DNA of 32,000 nucleotides from Xanthomonas campestris pv. campestris str. ATCC 33913 (GTDB lineage Bacteria > Pseudomonadota > Gammaproteobacteria > Xanthomonadales > Xanthomonadaceae). A program made the position numbers and the translations under genes. Below, piece by piece: positions 1-8,940 of the stretch (position 1 is the stretch's first letter; each line of letters starts with the position of its first letter). The notes under the pieces were generated by a model. That model had not been told where the DNA came from and did no database searches. It saw only the letters and a program-made list of their open reading frames with translations. Location of the stretch: positions 907,436 through 939,435 of the forward strand of contig NC_003902.1 in the NCBI RefSeq assembly GCF_000007145.1. Reading direction: 5' to 3'.

Positions 1-72
1 TTTCACTGCGCGTGCGCACGCCGCAGACCGCGCCGAAGATTTCTCCGCGCGCATCCGTGCAGGCATGCCGCA

Positions 73-96
73 GGCACCGGCACCGGCACCGGCATC
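73..96. repeat. Hexanucleotide tandem repeat (GGCACC x3 + GGCATC)
   Basis: Read directly: ggcacc ggcacc ggcacc ggcatc. It ends 18 nt upstream of the ATG at 115. Confidence 0.8.
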
Positions 97-114
97 TGCA
101 GCGAGCGCACACCG

Positions 115-2178
115 ATGAGCCGCAGCACCTGGGCGCGGCGCGCCGTGGCAGGCGTGGCCGTGCTGGCCTGTGTGTGGCTCAGCGGCTGCGCCATGGTCAC
201 GGTGAAGGCGCGCAGCAGCGGCGATTACATCGCCCAGACCCGCGGCGACATCCTCAGTGCCGGCACGCTCAGCCAGGCCGGCAGCGAGACGCTGCAGGTG
301 GCCGGGCTGGATCCCCAAACCTGCCGCAAGACGCCACTGCCCTGCATCGAACAGCTGCGCACGGTGGCCGGCATCGGCGATGAGCGCCGGCTGGCGACCC
401 AGGCCGAGCTGTGGACCACGCAGGCCATTGCGTTGAGCGGGCGCACCCCCGCACAGATGAGCGACGCGGCACTGGAAGCATGGCTGGAAGCGGCGCGGCA
501 TGCGTACGCGTATCTGTTCTTCACCACGCGCGCGCCCAGCGAGCGGGCCTTCGAAAACCGCCAGACCCAGGTGCGCGATTACTACAACTACGCCGTACAG
601 CAGGTGGTCGAACGCCTGTTCGTGCGCGCCCAGCAGGCCGGCGCCAGCGCACCTGCAGCCACCACGGTGGGCCGCTGGCGCGTAAATGTGGATCTGGCCG
701 CCTACCGGTTGCCCGGCGATGGCAATACGCCGCGTGCGTTGTTCGCGGCATCGTCGCTGCGCTTCGGCGGGCTGCGTAGCACCTATCGCCGCGACGGCTT
801 CGGTGCAGATCTGGTGGCCGAGGTAGACCCGGCGGTGGTCGGCGACCCTGCCGGCCTGGCCGTGCAGCAGGCGCTGCCCGCGCCAAAAGACCCGCAGCGG
901 CCGTTGCCCACCTTCAGCGAGATGCCGTATGCACCGGCCACGGTCCTGCTGCGTTTTGCAGGCGACACGCTGGATGCGGTGCTGCACACCGACAGCGCCA
1001 CGGTCGCGCCCTACGACCCGTATCGCCAGACCGCAGTGATGCTGCATGGCCAGCGCGTGCCATTGGCGGCCAACTTCACTGCGGCGTACGGCCTGTGGCT
1101 TGCGAAGTCGGGCTTTGCCGCGCAATCGCTGCGCTCGATGCTGGGCCGCGCGCGCGGCATCGATCGCCCGCATCTATACCTGATGCAGCCCTACGACCCG
1201 AACCGGCGCGTGCTGCTGATGCTGCACGGCCTGGCCAGCAGCCCGGAGGCCTGGGTGAATGTCGCCAATGAAGTGATGGGCGATGAAACGCTGCGGCAGC
1301 ACTATCAGATCTGGCAGGTGTATTACCCCACCAACGCGCCGCTGGCGGTCAACCGCGCCGAAATCCAGGAACTGGTGCAACGCAGCCTGCGGCATTTCGA
1401 CCCGCAGGGTGATGCGCCGGCCTCGCACGACATGGTGTTGATCGGTCACAGCATGGGCGGGGTGATCGGCCGCTTGCTGGTGTCCTCGTCTGGCGAGCAG
1501 ATCTGGAGCAGCCTGCTGGCCGACTACCGGCTGGAAGGCGAGCGCGGTGCGCGGATCCGGCAGAAGCTGTCGCCGCTGCTGCATTTTTCGCCGATGCCGC
1601 AGATCGACCGCGCGATCTTCATCGCCGCGCCGCACCGCGGCACGCCGTTGGCCGAAGGCGGGCTGGGGCGCTTCGTCGGCCGCCTGGTGCGCCTGCCGAT
1701 CGCCTTGCTGGATCGGTTCGGCGATGTGCTGCAGGACCTGGCCAACAGCGAGCGCGATGCACCGGGCGAGCCGCAACGCAAGCGGCGCCTGTTGCCGCCG
1801 ACCAGCATCGACAACCTGCGCGATACCGACCCGTTCGTGCGCGCGGCCGCGGATCTGCCGATCGCGCCCTCGGTGCGCTACCACACCATCATCGGCCGCG
1901 AAAAACCGCAGGTGCCGCTACCCATGTCCGACGACGGTCTGGTGCCGTATCGCAGCGCGCATCTGGACGGCGCCGCCTCCGAACTGGTGGTGACGTCCTG
2001 GCATAGCGTGCAGGAAACGCCGCAGGCGATCCTGGAGATCCGCCGCATCCTGCACGCAGAGTTGCAGGGTGCGGCATCGTCGCCGGTGCCCGCGGCGGTG
2101 CAATCCGCGACGGATGCACCGCCCGATGCTTCGGCCCAATTGGCTACCGACGCACCGACTGATCTGGCCACGCACTGA
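115..2178 (+). CDS. Lipoprotein with C-terminal alpha/beta-hydrolase (lipase/esterase, PGAP1-like) domain and a roughly 350-aa N-terminal region of unknown function
   Basis: 687-aa ORF. The N-terminus MSRSTWARRAVAGVAVLACVWLSGC has a canonical lipobox (LSGC). Nucleophile elbow GHSMGG; candidate acid DDGLVPY and His in SWHSVQ. Ala/Pro/Asp-rich low-complexity tail. Codon usage is typical for the window. Confidence 0.85.
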   Translation: MSRSTWARRAVAGVAVLACVWLSGCAMVTVKARSSGDYIAQTRGDILSAGTLSQAGSETLQVAGLDPQTCRKTPLPCIEQLRTVAGIGDERRLATQAELWTTQAIALSGRTPAQMSDAALEAWLEAARHAYAYLFFTTRAPSERAFENRQTQVRDYYNYAVQQVVERLFVRAQQAGASAPAATTVGRWRVNVDLAAYRLPGDGNTPRALFAASSLRFGGLRSTYRRDGFGADLVAEVDPAVVGDPAGLAVQQALPAPKDPQRPLPTFSEMPYAPATVLLRFAGDTLDAVLHTDSATVAPYDPYRQTAVMLHGQRVPLAANFTAAYGLWLAKSGFAAQSLRSMLGRARGIDRPHLYLMQPYDPNRRVLLMLHGLASSPEAWVNVANEVMGDETLRQHYQIWQVYYPTNAPLAVNRAEIQELVQRSLRHFDPQGDAPASHDMVLIGHSMGGVIGRLLVSSSGEQIWSSLLADYRLEGERGARIRQKLSPLLHFSPMPQIDRAIFIAAPHRGTPLAEGGLGRFVGRLVRLPIALLDRFGDVLQDLANSERDAPGEPQRKRRLLPPTSIDNLRDTDPFVRAAADLPIAPSVRYHTIIGREKPQVPLPMSDDGLVPYRSAHLDGAASELVVTSWHSVQETPQAILEIRRILHAELQGAASSPVPAAVQSATDAPPDASAQLATDAPTDLATH

Positions 2179-2363
2179 CGATCTGTCACGGCTGCGCAAT
2201 TGCCTGGGCGGTCGTTGAGTGATGGTGTGCTGCAACGGGTCGCACGGCGTCGGCGCCCCAGCAACGCAGGCTTCAGTGCATGCCTGCAGGGCCGCAGGCC
2301 CGGCTTAGCGCATTGTTTACCGCACCCGTGCTATCAGGCGGTTCCTCGAACAAGGAAGGTGCG

Positions 2364-3575
2364 ATGCGCAAGACGCTGTTGGCAGTGCTGTGGGTGCCCA
2401 TGTTGCTGCTGGGCTGCAGCCGCGGGGAGGGGCAGCAGGATCAGGCAGCTGCCGTGCCGGAATCTGCACCAACGGCGCAGAGAGCGTCTGCGTCCGCACC
2501 AGCTCCGGCGGCTGAGCCAGCCAGCAGCCCGGCAGTTCCCGAGTTCCCGGCCATTCCGCAGATCGTGGTGCCCGACATCGCCGGCGTAACTCCGGCGCAG
2601 CGCGCATTGGAAGCGTCGCTGCAGGACATCCTCGACCCGATCGACGGCGTGCGCGTGGCGCCGGCGCGCTGTGACACCGGCGGAACGCTGATCAACGATG
2701 CCGGCATTACCAGCGTGGATGCCGATGGGAATCTGCTGCGCAACAGTGCGGCTGGCCTGTTCGCGCTCAAGGCCGACGGCAGTGGCACCGCCAACGTCGA
2801 TGGCAGCCTGGTCCAGGTCAACGCCGATGGCAGCGGCACCATCAACAGCGCCGATGACGGCCAGAGCGAGGGCGCATTGATCCAGGTCGAAGCGTCGGGC
2901 GCGGGCACCTACAACGGCCCGGCCGGGCTGATCAGCCTGGACGGCAAGGGCGCCGGCACCTGGAACGGCAAGCACGGCCTGGTGGATAACCACGGCGACG
3001 GCAGCGGCACCTGGAACGGGCCGCGTGGCCTGGTGACCATCAACGCCGACGGTTCGGGTCTGTGGAACGGCCCCGATGGCCTGGTGCAAAACCATGGCGA
3101 TGGCACCGGCACGGTGGGCACGCCGCCACGGCAGGTACGGATGCCGCCGCTGCCCAAGGTGCCGCCCGCGGGCCGGTTCCCGCTGCTGCAGAAGTTCGCG
3201 CCGCCCGGTGCGCCATGCGGGTATGTGATCACCCTGAGCGACCGCATCCTCTTCGACTTCGACAAGGCAGACATCCGCCCGGACGCGGCACGCGTGCTGG
3301 ACACGCTGGCGGCTGCACTCGGCAAGGTCAGCGTCGCGCAGATGGAAGTCCGTGGGCATACCGATGCCAAGGGCGGCGATGACTACAACCAGGCGCTATC
3401 CGAGCGCCGCGCCAACGCGGTGCTCGCCGCGTTGCGCACGCGCGGCACCGCGCAGTCTGCCAGTGCCAAGGGCTATGGCGAGTCGCAGCCGTTGGCGCCC
3501 AATACCGTCAAAGGGCAGGACAATCCGGGCGGGCGCCAGTTGAATCGGCGCGTGGAGTTGTTCCTGCGCACTTAG
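2364..3575 (+). CDS. OmpA-family (peptidoglycan-binding) lipoprotein with Gly/Asp/Asn-rich tandem repeats
   Basis: I chose the internal ATG at 2364, which is preceded by aaggaagg 4-11 nt upstream. The N-terminus is MRKTLLAVLWVPMLLLGC (lipobox LLGC). The C-terminal OmpA_C motifs are ILFDFDKADIRPDA, VRGHTDAKGGDDYNQALSERRANAV and NRRVELFL. The central region has about seven roughly 17-aa repeats of the form xxDGSGTWNGPxGLVxx. Confidence 0.9.
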   Translation: MRKTLLAVLWVPMLLLGCSRGEGQQDQAAAVPESAPTAQRASASAPAPAAEPASSPAVPEFPAIPQIVVPDIAGVTPAQRALEASLQDILDPIDGVRVAPARCDTGGTLINDAGITSVDADGNLLRNSAAGLFALKADGSGTANVDGSLVQVNADGSGTINSADDGQSEGALIQVEASGAGTYNGPAGLISLDGKGAGTWNGKHGLVDNHGDGSGTWNGPRGLVTINADGSGLWNGPDGLVQNHGDGTGTVGTPPRQVRMPPLPKVPPAGRFPLLQKFAPPGAPCGYVITLSDRILFDFDKADIRPDAARVLDTLAAALGKVSVAQMEVRGHTDAKGGDDYNQALSERRANAVLAALRTRGTAQSASAKGYGESQPLAPNTVKGQDNPGGRQLNRRVELFLRT

Positions 3576-3963
3576 CGCAGCGATCAAAACGCCTGCGCAG
3601 CCGCCAGTCGGGCGCGGCCGATGCTCGGAATCCTCAGGTACTGGCGGACACTCCGGTTCTTCCGCGTCGTCCGCACCCACCTGACGGCTGCTCGCTACGT
3701 TTTGTTGGCCACTCTTAGTGGACTACGCCACGCCACGCATCGCTTGCGTGGCAGCGGTGGGCACGTTTTGCCTGACTCGGCTTCGATGCGTGTCTGGTGG
3801 CATCACTGCGTGCGATCACAGCGGATTGCAGGTTCCCAAGGCTGACTTGCATCAGACCGGCTGTGATGCGGAAGCGCACACATGCGCTGTCATGGGAATT
3901 CACGACTGATCCTGCAGGCACTGCCGGCGTTGCGCATGCTCGCGGTGATGCTCTTCTGTCTTG

Positions 3964-4082
3964 CAAGCAGCAAGCAGCAAGCAGCAAGCAGCACACAGCA
4001 CACAGCACACAGCACACAGCAGACAGCAGACAGCAGACAGCACACAGCACACAGCACACAGCACACAGCAGACAGCAGACAG
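3964..4082. repeat. Compound heptanucleotide VNTR, 17 units (4x CAAGCAG, 4x CACACAG, 3x CAGACAG, 4x CACACAG, 2x CAGACAG)
   Basis: Counted unit by unit from the sequence. It is 119 bp with no T on the + strand. It lies in the roughly 900-bp non-coding gap between the OmpA-like gene and the TBDR. Confidence 0.95.
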
Positions 4083-4480
4083 CACGCGGCGGCGGTGCGT
4101 CAGCGCATCCACTACGCAATGCAGCTGCGAATCACGTCGCCGCACCGAATTCCTAAAATAGAGACCTGGTAGTCATAAAGATTCATGCACACAAACCGGC
4201 GATTCGGTCTTTCTCATTGCAGGAGCGATGCCAGCGTGACCGCTCGCGCACTTCAACGGCGCACGCCACCCGCCGCGCCCTCGACTATGCGCAATTCCGC
4301 ATCACCCGCGCGTGTTTGCACCGCATCGCGTACGCGTCACCGCACTGAAATATGCCCCGGCCACCATGCGCCGCGCCTGCTTGCAGGTGGCGCGCCGAGG
4401 AGCCGGTCGCGTCGAATGCCCCCACTTCCCGGTGGTCGTCATGTAGAGGCATGGCAGGCCGCTGCACTTTTGGATCTTTC

Positions 4481-7252
4481 ATGATGCGTCGTTGTGTGTT
4501 GTTGCGTCCCTCGCGCCTGTCGCAGGCGCTGTGCCTTTCGTTGTGCATCGTGGGTGGCCATGCCGCTGCGCAAGACACCCAGGCCAACGCGCCCGCGCAG
4601 GGCCAGATGGCCACCTTGGACAAGGTCACCGTGGCGGCCACGCGTTACAACGCGACCGACATGCAGATGGCCGCCACCAACACCGTCAATGTGCTCTCTG
4701 CCGACGACCTCAAGACCACCGCGGTGCACAACGTGGCCGAAGCGCTGGGGCTGATGCCGGGCGTCAATGTCATCAACACCGGGCAATCGTATTTCGGCGG
4801 CATCGACGGTGCCGCGCGTGGCGAGGGCATGTTCTCCTCGGTACGCGGCCTCAATGCCGAATACAACGTCAACCTGATCAACGGCGTCAACGTCGCGCAA
4901 GGCATGCCGTACAGCCGCGGCGTGCAACTGAGCCTGCTGCCGCCCTCCGGCTTGCAGACCATCGTGTTGAACAAGACCTCCACCGCCGACATGGATGGCG
5001 ATGCGATCGGCGGCACCATCGATTACCGCACCCCCAGTGCGTTCGATTCGCCAGACCGCCGGGGCGGCAGCATCACCCTGAGCGGGCGCATGGAAAGCCG
5101 CGCGCGTGATTACGGCGAGTCCGGGCTGGGCAGTGGTGCCGCCGGCGATTGGCATGCGCGCTTCGGCGCCGATGGCCAATTCGGCGTGGCCGTCAGTGCG
5201 TACTACGACGAGCGCCATTTCGTGAACAGCGAAGTGGCCGGCGCCTCTGCCGCGCGCAGCGATGGCTCCTGGGAATTTGCCCGCACCGATGCCAGTGGCG
5301 CGCTGGCGGCAGGCACCGATTCGCAGGACGCGTTGCAGAGCACCGGCGTGAACATCGGTTATTCGCAAGGCGATACCCGCCGCTACGGTGGCAACGCTGC
5401 ATTCGACTGGCGCGTGGACCCCAGCCTGCATCTGTACGCCCGCATGACCTACGCGTTTGCCAAGACCGAACAGAACACCGGCTACACGCAATTTGTGCCG
5501 GCCAATGTCAGCTATACGCAGATCGGTACCAGCGGCATCTACCAGCCGCAGATCAATCGCGTGGCCGTGCGCTACTGGTACGAAACCAACCCGGAAGAAG
5601 CAGACCTGGCCACCATCCAGTTCGGTGCCGAGAAACAGCTGGGGCACTGGACGTTCGCACCGAATGTGTTTTACGGCACCGGCAATAACGATCGCCCGGA
5701 CCATGTGGAAATTTCCGCGCGCAACGATCAATACAGCTCCACCAACTTTGCCTACGGTGCCAACCGCTTCATCAGCTACGACGGCGACGGCTTCCCGATT
5801 CCGTTGCTGACGCCGGCGATGCAGGCGCAGGCCTCGGATGTCGGCAGCCTGTTTGCACGGCGGACGGGGCAGATCTCCAAGCAATACAGCGGCCAGGACA
5901 AGGGCGGCGGCAAGCTCGATGTGAGCTACGACTTCGACGACGGCGTGCTGAGCCGGATTGCATTCGGCGTGAAGTATGTGGACAGCTCGCGCAGCTTCAC
6001 CGACCGCGACTGGACCAACGCCAAGTACACCGATGGCACCTTGCTGCGCGATACCGGCCTGGTGGCGCAGCGCTACGATGCGGTGTACCCGGGCCAGTAC
6101 GCGCTGCCCACGCTGCGCCTGAGCAACGATGCCCTCAATGCCTTGATCGCGCGCACGCTCACGCCGGAGAGTTTCGACAGCTGCGGGCGGCTGGCGGTGA
6201 ACAATCTCAACTGCAACACCATGCGCGCCACCGAAGCGGTGAGCGCGGCCTATGTGATGGCCACGCTGCGCACCGGCAACTGGGAAATCCTCCCCGGCCT
6301 GCGTTTTGAGCACACCAGCATCGACAACACCTTCTGGGCGCAGCCAGCCGCTGTGGGCGGCGTGGAGCAGGTGGGCGCCTTCGCCAACAACCAGACCCGC
6401 TACAACGTGGTGCTGCCCAGCGTGTTCGTGAATTACCGCCCCGACGGCGATGGCGCGGTCTATCGCGGCTCGGTGTGGACCAGTTACACGCGCCCGGCCT
6501 TCGTACAACTCGGCGGGGGCCGCTCCACCGATATTTCTGCCGATGGCCAGACCACCATCACCGAAGGCAACCCGGATCTGAAGCCGATCAAGTCGCTCAA
6601 CGTGGATCTGTCCGGCGAGTGGCAGAACGATGCGGGCGGCCACGCCATGCTGGCCGGCTACTACAAGCGCCTCACCGACTACATCTACGAAAGCGGTTCG
6701 GATGCCGCCAACGCCGGCGAGAGTGGAACCGCCAGCACGCGCTTCGTGCGCCCGCAAAACGGTGGCGACGGCCGCGTGCTCGGCATGGAAGCGGCGGTGC
6801 GGCAGACCTTCCAGGGCCTGCCGGCACCGTTGGACGGCTTCGGCATCGGTGGCAACGTGACGCGCCAGACCACGCGCGTGGATCTGGGCGAGGAAGGCTT
6901 CGCGCACGAGCGCATCCAGAACGCGCCGGACCTGCTCGCCAACGCCGAGGTGTTCTACGAAAAAGGCCCGTGGTCGGTGAATCTGAGTTACCACTATTCC
7001 GGCGAATACGTGTCGGTCTACGACTACCTCAACCAGGGCGCGCGTTGGGACAACCTGTGGATCAAGCCAATCACCCGCGTGGACCTGCACGTGGGCTACG
7101 CGCCCACCGACCATCTGCGCGTGGACCTGTCCGTGGCCAACCTCACCAGGCAGCACAGCTACTGGGCGCACGTGGGCCACGACAACACAGCCATCTCCGA
7201 CATCGTCGATTCCGGCATGACCAGTCTGGTGACGGCCAAGTATGTGTTCTGA
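4481..7252 (+). CDS. TonB-dependent outer-membrane receptor
   Basis: I chose the start at ATG 4481 (MMRRCVLLRPSRLSQALCLSLCIVGGHAAAQ signal peptide); the ORF track extends to 4352. There is a TonB-box-like ATLDKVTVAATR and plug-domain motifs (LGLMPGVNV, VRGLN). The long barrel ends ...LVTAKYVF with a terminal aromatic residue. Confidence 0.9.
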   Translation: MMRRCVLLRPSRLSQALCLSLCIVGGHAAAQDTQANAPAQGQMATLDKVTVAATRYNATDMQMAATNTVNVLSADDLKTTAVHNVAEALGLMPGVNVINTGQSYFGGIDGAARGEGMFSSVRGLNAEYNVNLINGVNVAQGMPYSRGVQLSLLPPSGLQTIVLNKTSTADMDGDAIGGTIDYRTPSAFDSPDRRGGSITLSGRMESRARDYGESGLGSGAAGDWHARFGADGQFGVAVSAYYDERHFVNSEVAGASAARSDGSWEFARTDASGALAAGTDSQDALQSTGVNIGYSQGDTRRYGGNAAFDWRVDPSLHLYARMTYAFAKTEQNTGYTQFVPANVSYTQIGTSGIYQPQINRVAVRYWYETNPEEADLATIQFGAEKQLGHWTFAPNVFYGTGNNDRPDHVEISARNDQYSSTNFAYGANRFISYDGDGFPIPLLTPAMQAQASDVGSLFARRTGQISKQYSGQDKGGGKLDVSYDFDDGVLSRIAFGVKYVDSSRSFTDRDWTNAKYTDGTLLRDTGLVAQRYDAVYPGQYALPTLRLSNDALNALIARTLTPESFDSCGRLAVNNLNCNTMRATEAVSAAYVMATLRTGNWEILPGLRFEHTSIDNTFWAQPAAVGGVEQVGAFANNQTRYNVVLPSVFVNYRPDGDGAVYRGSVWTSYTRPAFVQLGGGRSTDISADGQTTITEGNPDLKPIKSLNVDLSGEWQNDAGGHAMLAGYYKRLTDYIYESGSDAANAGESGTASTRFVRPQNGGDGRVLGMEAAVRQTFQGLPAPLDGFGIGGNVTRQTTRVDLGEEGFAHERIQNAPDLLANAEVFYEKGPWSVNLSYHYSGEYVSVYDYLNQGARWDNLWIKPITRVDLHVGYAPTDHLRVDLSVANLTRQHSYWAHVGHDNTAISDIVDSGMTSLVTAKYVF

Positions 7253-8573
7253 TCCCGCTGCAGTGGTGGTTGCAGAGTTGAAGTCACTGCAGACGTTCGC
7301 GCGCAGGCCAGCGCGGCCGCGGGCAGCTGCAGCTCCTCTGCGCTGGCAAACGCTCGGCGTGCTGCTGGTGGCCGCGCTGTCGCTGGGCTGTACGCCACGG
7401 CCGACCCCGGCGGCGTCAGCTGCCAGCGCGACCCTGGAACGGGTGGTGGTGGTGTTCCGGCACGGCGTACGTGCGCCGCTGCAAGGGGAAGCGGCCGCGG
7501 CGCATTACGCCGACGCACCCTGGCCGCAATGGTCCACGCCAGCGAGCCTGGTCACCCCGCATGGCCGCAAGGCGGTGCAGCTGAGTGGCGAGTATCTGCG
7601 GCAGTGGTTGATGCAACAGGCGCTGCTGCCCCGCAATGGCTGCCCGGCGCGGGGCAGCCTGACAGTCTGGGCCAATACCGACCAACGCACCATCGACAGT
7701 GGCGCGTTGCTGGCCGACGCCCTGGCGCCTGGCTGCAACGTGCAGGCAGGACATCGCGCGGTCGGGAGTAACGATCCGTTGTTCCGGCCGATCGAAGCCG
7801 GTGCCGTGCCTTTCGATGCGAACGCAGCGGTTGCAGCGATCCAGCGTGAAACCGGCGGCCCGGCCGCCTTGCTGCAAGGGCATGGCGCGGAATTGCAGGC
7901 CTTGCAGCAGATCCTGGGCTGCACCAAAACGCCTTGTGAATTCGCACGCATGCCATCCACTTTGAAACCTTCGGCGGACGGTCGCGGCCTGGCGCTGGGC
8001 GGGCCGATCGACCTGGCCTCCGGCACCGGTGAAGTACTGCTGCTGCAATACGCCGAAGGCATGCCGCTGTCGCAGGTCGGCTGGGGGCGCGCCACTCCCG
8101 AGCGCCTGGCGCAAGTTTCGCGCCTGCACGCGCTGCTGTTCGACATCTATGCGCGGCCGCATTACATGGCCTCGCGCTCGGGTGCGCCGCTGGCGCGCGA
8201 GGTGCTGCAGCGCTTCGGCGACGCGGGCGCGCCGAAGGTGTCTGTCTTCGTCGGCAGCGACACGCATATCGCGGCGTTGAGCAGTCTGTTGGGCGTGCAT
8301 TTTCATTTACCCGGTTATGGCGCAGACGACCCACCGCCGGGTGGCGCGTTGGTGCTGGGTTTGTGGCGCACGCCCGACGGCCAACGCAGCGTGCGCGCGC
8401 AGTACCTGGCGCAATCGCTGGAGCAATTGCGCACAGTGGCACCGCTGGATCTGGACCACCCACCGTTGCAGCAGACGTTGGCGTTAGGCGTTTGCGCTGG
8501 TGAGCAGCGGATGGCGTGCCCGTTGCCGGCGTTTACGCAGGCGCTGGAGCGGCAGCTGCAGCCCTCGCCGTGA
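7242..8573 (+). CDS. Histidine acid phosphatase family protein (phytase/AppA-like), exported
   Basis: Catalytic RHGxRxP motif (VVVFRHGVRAPL). N-terminal hydrophobic segment LGVLLVAALSLGC (signal or possible lipoprotein). The ATG at 7242 overlaps the TBDR stop by 11 nt. In-frame GTG 7263/7266 or TTG 7278 are alternative starts. The region normally carrying the HD motif reads GSDTHIAAL. Confidence 0.8.
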   Translation: MCSDPAAVVVAELKSLQTFARRPARPRAAAAPLRWQTLGVLLVAALSLGCTPRPTPAASAASATLERVVVVFRHGVRAPLQGEAAAAHYADAPWPQWSTPASLVTPHGRKAVQLSGEYLRQWLMQQALLPRNGCPARGSLTVWANTDQRTIDSGALLADALAPGCNVQAGHRAVGSNDPLFRPIEAGAVPFDANAAVAAIQRETGGPAALLQGHGAELQALQQILGCTKTPCEFARMPSTLKPSADGRGLALGGPIDLASGTGEVLLLQYAEGMPLSQVGWGRATPERLAQVSRLHALLFDIYARPHYMASRSGAPLAREVLQRFGDAGAPKVSVFVGSDTHIAALSSLLGVHFHLPGYGADDPPPGGALVLGLWRTPDGQRSVRAQYLAQSLEQLRTVAPLDLDHPPLQQTLALGVCAGEQRMACPLPAFTQALERQLQPSP

Positions 8574-8861
8574 GGTGATGGAGTTGCGTTGGCTGTGTGG
8601 TCGCATTCTTGGGGCGGTGCTGCGTGGCAAGCATTTTGCAAATGGAGGACGTACGCGTTTTTAGCCTCGGCTGCTAACGAGAGCTACTGGTGCGCGCACG
8701 CGTGTCGGTATCGGACCTCTTGCTGGGTAGGGGCTGCGTAGGGGCCTGCAAGGACTTACGTGGCATATCGAGCCCTTTCCACGCGCGGGCGTCCCAGTGA
8801 CCGATGCGCGCGCCCCGGTAGCTCCCGTGCGCGACTTTGGTCGATACGCGCGGCGCCGCAT

Positions 8862-8940
8862 CCGGGAGCGGGACACGCCGTGAATCCGTCCATGGAGGCT
8901 CGGTAGCGGCATCCATGCCGCTACACGGTCCCGCTCCCGG
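8862..8940. repeat. REP-like nested palindrome (unit 1 of a local family)
   Basis: The outer arms ccgggagcgggac / gtcccgctcccgg (13 bp) enclose an inner gtagcggcat-cc-atgccgctac palindrome. It shares the blocks GGGACACGCCG, CGTCCATG and CCATGCCGC with units at 9252-9315 (inverted) and 9415-9467. Confidence 0.55.

Noticed and set aside
3715-4172. ORFs translating the heptamer VNTR (CCVLCAVCC... or QQTAHSTQHTA... peptides).
   Set aside because: The periodic peptide is just the 7-bp repeat read in shifting frames. There is no start or RBS context and no coding bias outside the repeat.
4150-4180. ATAGAGACCTGGTAG resembles the cobalamin-riboswitch B12 box (AGxCxGGAGACCTGCC) upstream of a TBDR.
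   Set aside because: The upstream conserved riboswitch elements (GGGAA, GGTG..AA.TCC, GCCACTG-type core) are absent. The downstream TBDR is paired with a phosphatase, not cobalamin genes.
4439-7180. Very long antisense ORFs, for example 913 aa opposite the TBDR. Others are 9395-10765+ opposite metK, 14891-16426+ opposite nupC, 16720-17991- opposite the AKR, 18642-19745- opposite the heme TBDR, and 23438-24331+ and 24877-26109+ opposite the ABC genes.
   Set aside because: They are typical GC-rich shadow ORFs. Their products are Arg/Ala/His/Gln-rich low-complexity strings with no motifs. Each fully overlaps a gene with clear family signatures on the other strand.
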